Shown here: in pieces, positions 1-7,657 of the stretch
Layout: each line of letters opens with the position of its first letter
Numbering within the stretch: the first letter of the stretch is position 1
IMG/VR virus record: IMGVR_UViG_3300022861_000081
From: an uncultured virus (IMG/VR IMGVR_UViG_3300022861_000081)
Lineage: Duplodnaviria > Heunggongvirae > Uroviricota > Caudoviricetes
DNA length: 20,000 nt
Reading direction: 5' to 3' (one strand)
The notes under the pieces: model-generated
Told to the model about the DNA's origin: nothing
Databases searched by the model: none
What the model saw: the letters and a program-made list of their open reading frames with translations, nothing else
Program-made: the position numbers and the translations under genes

Positions 1-306
1 GGTGGAAGGGGCAACATGATTATTCGTCCGCGTCCGACGTGGCTTATTCGATTTGTAGACATAAACGCTTTTGGAATTTGGCGGGCACGAAACCCACAGA
101 TTATGGTTGTTGGCACTGCTGAAGGTTCGGATCACATTGGCTGCTTTTGCCGCCAAAATAGCGTTGGCAAAGTCTTCAATTGCGACCTTCGGCAGACCGT
201 CTTCTCCCAGCGATGCATTCAACGCCGCATCAATCAACGGCTTATACAGATCGATATGCGACTTTTTCGGGAAAGCCTTGCTTTGTTCCATCATGCGTAA
301 TGGCAT
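1..306 (-). CDS. Hypothetical protein, partial (runs off the left edge)
   Basis: Read manually: open minus-strand frame MPLRMMEQSKAFPKKSHIDLYKPLIDAA... from ATG 306 to the window edge, with AAGGAG upstream; same strand as the recombination genes. Confidence 0.5.
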   Translation of the reverse strand, partial: MPLRMMEQSKAFPKKSHIDLYKPLIDAALNASLGEDGLPKVAIEDFANAILAAKAANVIRTFSSANNHNLWVSCPPNSKSVYVYKSNKPRRTRTNNHVAPST

Positions 307-438
307 ATTGACATAGCTCCTTGGGGCTATTTTTATTACGCAAAAATCATACGCTTTCTTTGCGCTTTTTCTCCCCTATTATGCGACCGTGGCCAAGAAC
401 AATAAACATCTGCGTTCTCTACCACGGTCGGCATGGGC

Positions 439-1518
439 TTACAGGAACAACTTGTCCGCAGGATCACTGCCCTTTTCTTGCTTTTTGCCAAACTGTTCTT
501 GAATGGCATCGAGCACTTGCTGGAACTGATCCTGCCGGATCAAGTACCGATGCTGAACTTCAAACTCCTTGTCGAGAAACGCCTTGATCTGATCTTCTGT
601 CAGGTTCAGCTTGCGCTGAATATCGAACAGCGTCACGGCATCTTCAAAAGAAATATGGATCTTGGGGTCATGGCCAGGCCGCGTCTCCCATTCTTCCCGC
701 TTGCTGGGCTTTTTCTGACTCGCCTTCTTGCCCAGCGAGCAGTCTGCCGTGTGGCCATTCAAGGTGCGGCACTCCGCGCAGATTACGGCGTCTGGTGCCC
801 GCTGCGTTCCTTCATGGCCATGGCCGCGATTGGGCTCCGAAGATACCTTGAGCGTGCCCAGCTCGCGCCGGACTTTGTCCAGCTTGTGGTTTACTGGCGG
901 CACGGGATCTCCTTCAATCGTCGACGACACTTCCTCCGGGATATAAAACTGCCCCAGCTCTTCCGGCCAACCGCGGCGAATGGCCTTCGATTCAGCGCAC
1001 TTTTCGGTCTGGCCGAGCGGCATTTTTTCCCATTGGGAGACAGGCTCCAGCTTACCTGTTGCCCGGTTTTTCTTGGTTTGCACAGATTCCCGATAGTACG
1101 CCGTTGCGCCAAATTCTTTCCATTGCGAAGACTGTTCGTGCCATTTTTGCACCCACACTGTCACGCGAAGATTGTCTGTTCCCTGCCCTTCCACCAGCGG
1201 CAGCTTGTCAGACGGCATGTACAGGCCGGTGCGATTGGCGACCGACCGGAAGCCGTCAATGCCCACCTGGAGCACCATCCGCTCTTCATATTGGCCAGTC
1301 TCTGAATTCCATGTGCGCCGCTTGATGGCATAGATTTGCTTTTGGAGCGGATCGAGTCGCCGCACGCGCGCCACATGGCAGAACATCATGAATTCCGGGT
1401 CAGACAACCCTGGTGCCACTGTTTGCTTGATCAGTTCAAGGTTTTCTGGCCGCTCCCAGTCCTGATTAACGACCGTCATGCCCTGCGTATTTGCGACCAT
1501 CATTCCAGTTTCAGGCAT
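439..1518 (-). CDS. bet: Phage recombination protein Bet / RecT-family single-strand annealing protein
   Basis: Motifs LIKQTVAPGLSDPEFMMFCHVARVRRLDPLQKQIYAIKR, QVGIDGFRSVANRTG and W.KMP..Q.EKCAESKAIRRGWPEEL...Y..EE are typical of lambda Bet-like proteins; SD GGAG upstream. Confidence 0.88.
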   Translation of the reverse strand: MPETGMMVANTQGMTVVNQDWERPENLELIKQTVAPGLSDPEFMMFCHVARVRRLDPLQKQIYAIKRRTWNSETGQYEERMVLQVGIDGFRSVANRTGLYMPSDKLPLVEGQGTDNLRVTVWVQKWHEQSSQWKEFGATAYYRESVQTKKNRATGKLEPVSQWEKMPLGQTEKCAESKAIRRGWPEELGQFYIPEEVSSTIEGDPVPPVNHKLDKVRRELGTLKVSSEPNRGHGHEGTQRAPDAVICAECRTLNGHTADCSLGKKASQKKPSKREEWETRPGHDPKIHISFEDAVTLFDIQRKLNLTEDQIKAFLDKEFEVQHRYLIRQDQFQQVLDAIQEQFGKKQEKGSDPADKLFL

Positions 1519-2563
1519 TTTCCTCTCCTTTTGTGATCTGTACCAGCACGGGATGTCTCACATAGCCGCAGATTTGGTAATATCCGCACCATTTTCGATC
1601 GCATCCCCACCAGCTTTGATTCGCCGGTACAAAGACGCCGGTTTTCATGGCGTGGATCAAATTGGCAAAGCGGTTTAAAAATACCTGCACGTCGTCTATA
1701 CTGCGTGTTGTGACCGTGGGCACGTATTTTAATGTCGGCTTTGCGGCATTCGTGCGGACCAGAAAATCCAACACCATTTTGTCGGGCAATTTCCCGTCCA
1801 CGACGTAGCTGGCAGTCGCGTACGCAGTCAACTGGTTGGAATCATCGGCCGTGCCCGCTTTATTGTTCCCGTCCATGTACGACGGAGTAGGCGATTTAGC
1901 GGATGTCTTTGTGTCACGGATGACGAGCAATTCTTTATCTCCGTCATGCACAATTTCCTGCACGTCCTGCTCACCCACGAAATCAACGCCTGTGCGGGCA
2001 GCGGCATTTAATGACCGCGCCTGTGCGTGCAGGATATTGGCCGCGTATTTGTCGGGCGTCGCTTCTGCCGAAGCGTGCAATTCTTTTGCCCGGGAGCGCA
2101 AAAAAGCGTCCATGTCCACGGAGAATTTACGGCGTGTGCGGACTGGCTGAATTTTCGGTGCCGCCTCGTCGTGGTGCAATCCGGACAAAGAAAGCGCTTT
2201 GTCCTTTGCCTCGCCCAATACCTGGTCCAGGCTTTTGCCGTCCTTTTTCTCGTCCTGGTCGAGTTCGATGGGTTCGTTTTTCTGCTCCTGCTCGAACTTG
2301 GCGGCCGAGATCGCGAGCACGTCGTCGCGCTTCAACAGCTCCCCTGTCTCGATCTTGTGGTCGAGATCCTGCGTCACCGATTCGTCTGTGGATTTGCCCA
2401 CCAGCAGAAATGCGTTCGGTGGCGACTTGATGCCGAGGATGTAGCGAAAAAGAAAGCGCTGGCCGCAATCTGCCGCCATATTCAGCGCAGAAACGTGAAT
2501 TTGACGACGCAATCTAGCTTTGCTTACGATTTTGTCAAGTGAGGGCACAGGGCTCTTTTCCAT
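1511..2563 (-). CDS. PD-(D/E)XK nuclease, Cas4/RecB-AddB-like with a probable 4Fe-4S cluster (likely the exonuclease partner of Bet)
   Basis: N-terminal SALN...C..RF..RYI, catalytic-type EQD...IRDTKTS and QLTAY, C-terminal CxxxxCxxxxxC; start placed at ATG 2563 (AAGGAG SD); overlaps the bet start. Confidence 0.8.
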   Translation of the reverse strand: MEKSPVPSLDKIVSKARLRRQIHVSALNMAADCGQRFLFRYILGIKSPPNAFLLVGKSTDESVTQDLDHKIETGELLKRDDVLAISAAKFEQEQKNEPIELDQDEKKDGKSLDQVLGEAKDKALSLSGLHHDEAAPKIQPVRTRRKFSVDMDAFLRSRAKELHASAEATPDKYAANILHAQARSLNAAARTGVDFVGEQDVQEIVHDGDKELLVIRDTKTSAKSPTPSYMDGNNKAGTADDSNQLTAYATASYVVDGKLPDKMVLDFLVRTNAAKPTLKYVPTVTTRSIDDVQVFLNRFANLIHAMKTGVFVPANQSWWGCDRKWCGYYQICGYVRHPVLVQITKGEENA

Positions 2564-3051
2564 GTGACTCCTTTCACGATGGTCCAAATGCAGAACTGAC
2601 TGACGCCGAACTGCTTGCCAATTTGTTTTTGTGAGGCAGATCCGCAAGAGTACATTTTCCGGATCGTTCCAACTTGTTCAAGCGTCAGCTTTGCATGGGG
2701 ATTGTTTTCTCCCCACGGTTTACGGTTCTTTGCAGCAGCATCCGCTTGGTTATCTAGGTCCGTTCCTAAAAACAGATGGCTTGGACGAACACAAAGAGTG
2801 TTGTCACAGCTATGACACACAAGTAATCTGTCAGGGATAGGACCAACAAACAACAGATACGCCAACCGATTTGCTTTGAAAACCTTACCGTTCCACCAAA
2901 TTTGTCCGTAGCGCGCCACTACGGTTCCTGTCCAGTTCCAACAGTTGCCAGTACGGTCAACATATTTCCAGAAATCCTGTGGTCGGCGCTTTCCATCAGG
3001 AATGTCAATTCGGCTGTTGCGGACTGCTTGAACAGCAGCGGCCATGTGCAT
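2524..3051 (-). CDS. HNH endonuclease (phage homing-type) with a C-terminal HTH-like DNA-binding segment
   Basis: CWNWTG...YGQI...ANRLAY...VCHSCDNTLCVRPSHLFLGT..DN..D, then GENNPHAKLT..QV..IR. Confidence 0.88.
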   Translation of the reverse strand: MHMAAAVQAVRNSRIDIPDGKRRPQDFWKYVDRTGNCWNWTGTVVARYGQIWWNGKVFKANRLAYLLFVGPIPDRLLVCHSCDNTLCVRPSHLFLGTDLDNQADAAAKNRKPWGENNPHAKLTLEQVGTIRKMYSCGSASQKQIGKQFGVSQFCIWTIVKGVTWKRALCPHLTKS

Positions 3052-3197
3052 GATCTCCTCAAGGCCAAAAACGACAATAGCCTAGGCCATTGCCAGGCTT
3101 GAGCCATTGCTTATTCCCGCCAACCGGGGGGCATGCGTCTCTGATAATTTGAGAGATAGTCTGAATCCGATTTTTTGTCTACTGTAAAAAATTAGAG

Positions 3198-3226
3198 TAG
3201 ACGCGCAGCGGAGTTTGCCTTATGCT
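3198..3226 (+). promoter_or_regulatory. sigma70-type promoter for a leaderless gene
   Basis: TAGACG-N17-TATGCT, ending 6 nt before ATG 3233. Confidence 0.55.
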
Positions 3227-3232
3227 GCGCGC

Positions 3233-3409
3233 ATGGAAAAGAAAACCAAGTTGACGAAAGCCGATCCAGATTTTTATAGAAAGATTGCCGCCATTGCCGG
3301 CAACAATTTGGTGCGCAAGAAGGGTACAGAATACTTTTCTAAGCTGGCGGCAAAAAGCCACCCACGCGATCATTATTTTGGCGGACGCCCCAAGAAGAAA
3401 GTGGCGTAA
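3233..3409 (+). CDS. Small basic protein, KGG/GsiB stress-repeat-like
   Basis: Two imperfect repeats, DFYRKIAAIAG and EYFSKLAAKS, resemble the 'EFY.EIG.KGG' repeat; promoter immediately upstream. Confidence 0.5.
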   Translation: MEKKTKLTKADPDFYRKIAAIAGNNLVRKKGTEYFSKLAAKSHPRDHYFGGRPKKKVA

Positions 3410-3465
3410 CCGATTCCTTTTTTTGCTGCCGTGCTCATGAGGCGCGAGGTTGTCGCGATTACCGG

Positions 3466-4747
3466 GTTGCATCTATTCGATGCACTAAAACCGCATTGCT
3501 ACGGTGGAATGTCCACTTCTTCGTCAGACGTATACAGTTGCATCTATCCGATGCACTAAAACTGCGTTGCTACAATAATCTCCCAATGGAGTGGGAACCC
3601 GACTATGTTGCACTTGTCCAGTGCACTAAAACTTCGTTGCTACTGTGCATGTTGACAAAAAAGGCAAACTTAAGTGGTTGCACTTGTCCAGTGCACTAAA
3701 ACTGCGTTGCTACGCCCAATGTCTCCGATGATGCTCTCTGGACGAACGGGTTGCACCTGTCCAGTGCACTAAAACTTCGTTGCTACGAGGTGCCGAGATG
3801 GGCAAAGACAACATTTATGTGGTTGCATCTATCCGATGCACTAAAACTTCGTTGCTGCGTAAAGCCGTGAAATTTACCTCGCATATCTGGATGTTGCACT
3901 TGTCCAGTGCACTAAAACTACGTTGCTACGCCGGGTCCAGCAGGAGCACGTTATCTGTGGGCGGTTGCACTTGTCCAGTGCACTGAAACTACGTTGCTAC
4001 GAGACACCCTGCACTTCATCGCAAAATTCGATGGGTTGCACTTATCCAGTGCACTAAAACTGCGTTGCTACGCGTAGTTTCATTCGAGGAGCGTACATTG
4101 TCATAGTTGCACTTGTCCAGTGCACTGAAACCGCGTTACTACTTCAGCGTGTTGCACTTGTCCAGTGCACTAAAACTGCATTACTGCGTGACAAAGCGTC
4201 AATAAAGCGCCGATTCCGAAGGTTGCACTTGTCCAGTGCACTCAAACTGCGTTGCTACAATGCCCCTCGGCTTGCCGTTTCGACGGCACTGGCGTTGCAC
4301 TTGTCCAGTGCACTAAAACCGCGTTACTACACTATCGGCCAAGAGATAAGGGCGACCCAAGCAAGTTGCACTTGTCCAGCGCACTAAAACCGCATTACTA
4401 CGAATCATTCATAAATTCATAGACTGCGATAAAGCGTTGCACTTGTCCAGTGCACTCAAACTGCGTTACTACTTTTGGACGAGATGGATGCAGCTGTAGG
4501 AGGAAACGTTGCACTTGTCCAGCGCACTTTAACTGCGTTGCTACTTGCTACAGTTCATACACTTGTGCGGAAGATTGGTGTTGCACTTATCCAGTGCACT
4601 TAAACCGCGTTGCTACTTGGTTCCGTATTTTTCAAGTGCGTTGCATCTACTCGATGCACTAAAACCACGTTGCTACCTGCGCTTAAGCTCGTTACAGGCT
4701 CTGAGTTTGTGTTGCATCTGCTCGATGCACTTTGACTACGCTGGTGC
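3466..4747 (-). CRISPR. CRISPR array 1: 19 repeats of 37 nt, 18 spacers
   Basis: + strand consensus GTTGCA(CT/TC)TRTCC(AG/GA)TGCACTAAAACYGCGTTRCTAC; repeats start at 3466, 3537, 3607, 3677, 3750, 3822, 3893, 3964, 4035, 4106, 4151, 4222, 4294, 4365, 4436, 4508, 4580, 4640, 4711; spacers are 33-36 nt except one of 8 nt and one of 23 nt; minus orientation inferred from G-U wobble pattern and promoter. Confidence 0.97.
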
Positions 4748-4767
4748 CTTTTCAGCACTATAAAAAC

Positions 4768-4776
4768 ATTATAGCA
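4768..4776 (-). promoter_or_regulatory. Extended -10 promoter (TGCTATAAT) driving array 1
   Basis: Perfect TGnTATAAT on the minus strand, about 20 nt upstream of the first (5'-degenerate) repeat and downstream of a GGGGCA-TTTT-TGCCCC hairpin that follows the cas stop. Confidence 0.7.
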
Positions 4777-4849
4777 TCCAAAAAATGCAAAATGCTTTGG
4801 GAGGGGGGGCAAAAATGCCCCTCCCCTGCCTCGATCTTGTTTGTTTTCA

Positions 4850-7162
4850 TCAAAGATCGTCTGTGCCGCTTTCGTCACCTTCCAGCGACTGCGTGTCTTC
4901 TTCTTCGTCTTCAAATCCCGGCGTCTGTGCGTCTTCTTCAGATTCGTCTTCATTTCCCAGCGCCAGCTTTGCCAGCTTGGGATCGCAGGCAAAGCGCGAC
5001 AGATTTACCGCAGCGTTGTAATCCTGGTCAATCAGCCTTCCACATGCTTCACACTGGAAGCGATCCTTTTCCGTCGATGGATTCAGATGATTGCAATATG
5101 AGCACATGCGCGTTGTGTTCATTGCCTCATACGGCTCAGTCACAATTCCGTATTTCACGGCAGTGTACTTGAGCAGAGAGATGAAGCGGCCAACAGCAGC
5201 AAATTGCCGGTATTTCTGCGAGCGCTTCAAGCTTACGGGATCGGTGTTCTCCTGGTGGACCGCAATTTTGGCCAGAAAGTTCTTTTCCAGGATCAACCGT
5301 GTAATGCTCTTTTTCTTCAGGTAGCTGCAAACATCATGGGCGACTTGCAGCTGGTTGTATTCAATACGCGCGCTGACTTTTTTGCTGTATGCGGCCGCAA
5401 GAGTCCCAATTTGTTCCTCGTTTTTTCCCCACGCATTCAGGATGCTCTGCACATCAACATCGTCTTTGAATTCCTCCTTGAGCCGCAGCAATCCACTACG
5501 ACCGGCTTTCTCCAGCCATGCAGGCGTGTTTTCCCCAAGTTGCTTGCGCAGCGCAATCTTGGCCGTATCTTTGAAGTAGTCACGGCGAGTCTGCAACGCG
5601 GTTCTGATCTCCAACGCGTTGGGGATTCCATCTCCCGGCTTCCAATCAGGGAATAGCCGCGTGATATTGCGTTTTTCCCAGCGTGTGGGTCCCATATCGA
5701 TGCGGAATGGCACACGATCTTTGTGATCTTTGGGCGATTTCTCAAAGTCCATCACAAGCTCGCGCACTGTCCAGCTCGTTGGCTCATACAGTGTGCCAAA
5801 CCGAATTCCCACTTCTGTACGCCGCCAGCCAATATCCAAACCGGCTGCAAGGGCAGTGGAAGTCGGTAGGTCACGTTGCAGCTCAACCACCAAGCAGAGC
5901 CAAAGTTTGCCATCCTGCAATAGAAGTTTCCACTCTTTTACGTGGGAGTTTGAGGGCAACGGTCGCCACTGAATGACCGCAAAACGAAAACGCCATTGCT
6001 GGTTATCGTCTCCACGAATGGAAATCTCCGCTTCTCGAAGCGTTTTGCCACCGCCTACCGTCTGGATTAACTCATGCCCCGTATTGGCAGGATCGAGTGG
6101 CGCTCCAAACGACAATCCCGGTACGCCTTCCTTGGACTCCAGCAATGAGGAACTGACGCCAGCCTTGTTGAAATAGTAATGCAGACCCCAATCGCCGGCC
6201 TTGGGGCTGTCGTTGTACTTGATGAGTGGCCAGCCCTCGGACCAAGTCAGCTTTTTGGTCCTGCGGCGATCGAGTGTTGCCTTGAAGGCGGTGATTGTCG
6301 GCCGAATTTCAAAGCTCCGTAGCTTGAGATCCTTTGCTTCCTTGTTGGCAATCGGTCCAAAATTCTTTACAAACTCGTCGAGCGCGGTGTAGTCCGTCTT
6401 GTGCTGCTGGGCAAAGGTAATCACCTTTTCCAGCAAACCTTCTGGCACGGGACGATCTTTGTCGACGCGCTTCCGCAGATCACCAACAAAATGCCACAAA
6501 CCATCTAGGCCGGGCATCTCGACCTTCAGCTTCGCTGGGTGCTTCATCTTGTCTTTGGAGCGACCGAGCGCGTCGTTAAAAGCATCGATCGCTGGCAAAA
6601 TAACGGTTTGGACAAAATCGGTAATCTCCTCGGGGGAACCAGAAGAGCATTGGCGCCGTGCTTCGCGGCAAAGCCAAGCCAGGCGGTTCCAGAGGTCCCT
6701 TTGTCGCGTGATCGATGCTTTGAGCCACTCAGGTACTTCGCCGCTCGTGTTCGTGCCTTCATGGGTAAAGTACGCACGGTATTTATAGATGGCATTTGAC
6801 CATCCATCTTCTGCCGAAAACTGACGCGGCGTTTTTGACATTCCGCCAATGTGGAAGATGGTCGGCTGCTTTTCGTCTACCAGCAGCACTCCAGATCGTT
6901 TCTGCGGACGCAGTTCGCCGTCAGGTGCCACCAGTTGAAAATTCATTGGTGTATCTGTCTTGAGATGAAGATCTGCGGGAATCGCCACTGCCGGCAACTG
7001 TGCAAACGTTGCCAGGCGCGTGCTCTCGTCAAACACGATGCGGCCATGCGTAAAAGCCTTGGTGGTCTTTAGTGACGTTTCTGCGGCGTGCACAAAGACG
7101 CAATCGTCTTTGTAGGTCAATTCTTTGATCATGCTTTTGATCCTTTCGGTGAACTGTTGCAT
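4850..7162 (-). CDS. cas12: Type V CRISPR effector, Cas12m (V-M / V-U1)-like TnpB-family RuvC protein, 770 aa
   Basis: RuvC-I AAGLDIGWRRTEVG preceded by QWRPLP...KLWLCLVV (resembles the Cas12m HRxLP...LCV...ALxLGWRxTExG block); RuvC-II LILE; Zn finger TTRMCSYC..NP...CEACG; RuvC-III DQDYNAAVNL; adjacent to the array. Confidence 0.85.
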   Translation of the reverse strand: MQQFTERIKSMIKELTYKDDCVFVHAAETSLKTTKAFTHGRIVFDESTRLATFAQLPAVAIPADLHLKTDTPMNFQLVAPDGELRPQKRSGVLLVDEKQPTIFHIGGMSKTPRQFSAEDGWSNAIYKYRAYFTHEGTNTSGEVPEWLKASITRQRDLWNRLAWLCREARRQCSSGSPEEITDFVQTVILPAIDAFNDALGRSKDKMKHPAKLKVEMPGLDGLWHFVGDLRKRVDKDRPVPEGLLEKVITFAQQHKTDYTALDEFVKNFGPIANKEAKDLKLRSFEIRPTITAFKATLDRRRTKKLTWSEGWPLIKYNDSPKAGDWGLHYYFNKAGVSSSLLESKEGVPGLSFGAPLDPANTGHELIQTVGGGKTLREAEISIRGDDNQQWRFRFAVIQWRPLPSNSHVKEWKLLLQDGKLWLCLVVELQRDLPTSTALAAGLDIGWRRTEVGIRFGTLYEPTSWTVRELVMDFEKSPKDHKDRVPFRIDMGPTRWEKRNITRLFPDWKPGDGIPNALEIRTALQTRRDYFKDTAKIALRKQLGENTPAWLEKAGRSGLLRLKEEFKDDVDVQSILNAWGKNEEQIGTLAAAYSKKVSARIEYNQLQVAHDVCSYLKKKSITRLILEKNFLAKIAVHQENTDPVSLKRSQKYRQFAAVGRFISLLKYTAVKYGIVTEPYEAMNTTRMCSYCNHLNPSTEKDRFQCEACGRLIDQDYNAAVNLSRFACDPKLAKLALGNEDESEEDAQTPGFEDEEEDTQSLEGDESGTDDL

Positions 7163-7175
7163 TTACCCAATGCAC

Positions 7176-7358
7176 TCAAACTTCTTCCTCTGCTGCTTTT
7201 TTCAGAGACTCGACATAATGCAGAAAAGCAGCAAGGACAGCGGGTTCTAGGTAAACTTGGTTGGTTTTGCGGATTCCATCCGATGCGTACAACTCGATCT
7301 GGTAGCCGTCAAAAGAAGCGTAAAGCCCATCGCCCAAGTAGACATCGTTTCCCTCCAT
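7176..7358 (-). CDS. Small phage hypothetical protein
   Basis: YLGDGLYASFDGYQIEL...NQVYLEP.VL motif is familiar from phage hypotheticals; ends 13 nt before the cas start, so it is probably co-transcribed; start uncertain. Confidence 0.6.
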   Translation of the reverse strand: MEGNDVYLGDGLYASFDGYQIELYASDGIRKTNQVYLEPAVLAAFLHYVESLKKAAEEEV

Positions 7359-7524
7359 GTCCAGCCTCATTTTTCGCGCCTTTTTTTCGATAGCACAGCC
7401 AGAAAAAAGAAGAGCAAAAGCCAAAAAGTACCTGGGTCAACCTTCACGCCAGACATGGCTTTTCTCCTCTGCTTGTCATGCGCGCAATTATATAAAAAAA
7501 CAGCGGTTGTGGAGCAAATTAAAT

Positions 7525-7552
7525 GGGCCGCCCGCTACCACGCGGACGGCCC
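7525..7552 (-). terminator. GC-rich hairpin, probable terminator or processing stem after tRNA-Thr
   Basis: GGGCCGTCCGC-GTGGTA-GCGGGCGGCCC followed by ATTTAATTT. Confidence 0.5.
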
Positions 7553-7557
7553 TTATC

Positions 7558-7630
7558 GTATCGACGCTGGATTTGAACCAGCGACATTCTGATTACAAGT
7601 CAGAAGCTCTACCAACTGAGCTAGTCGATG
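7558..7630 (-). tRNA. tRNA-Thr(TGT), atypical acceptor stem, no encoded CCA
   Basis: CATCGAC-TA-GCTC AGTTGGTA GAGC-T-TCTGA CTTGTAA TCAGA-ATGTC-GCTGG TTCAAAT CCAGC-GTCGATA-C. Confidence 0.75.
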
Positions 7631-7657
7631 AGTTGTGCAGCTGCGCCTTGCTTCATA

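Noticed and set aside
433..1305. 290-aa + strand ORF and similar antisense ORFs (2027-2542, 7826-8449, 15009-15536)
   Set aside because: Shadow frames opposite well-supported minus-strand genes.
4485..4493. Spacer 9-mer TGGATGCAG is identical to the flagellin 5'UTR at 13106-13114
   Set aside because: Only 9 nt, in mid-spacer, and a match this short is plausible by chance given about 800 nt of spacer sequence. Not evidence of targeting unless a host flagellin UTR matches more fully.
4617..4639. Possible self-targeting of the cas gene (TTCCGTATTT shared with about 5145-5154)
   Set aside because: Only a 10-nt match; no full protospacer for any spacer was found in the window by eye.
3496..4763. 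Short ORFs across array 1 (and 17274-17823 across array 2)
   Set aside because: They are translations of CRISPR repeats and spacers.
4748..4849. tracrRNA between cas and array
   Set aside because: No extended anti-repeat; the region is explained by a hairpin and an extended -10 promoter.
4850..7162. IS200/IS605 TnpB transposon interpretation
   Set aside because: Far larger than TnpB, no TnpA or transposon ends visible, and directly linked to a CRISPR array.
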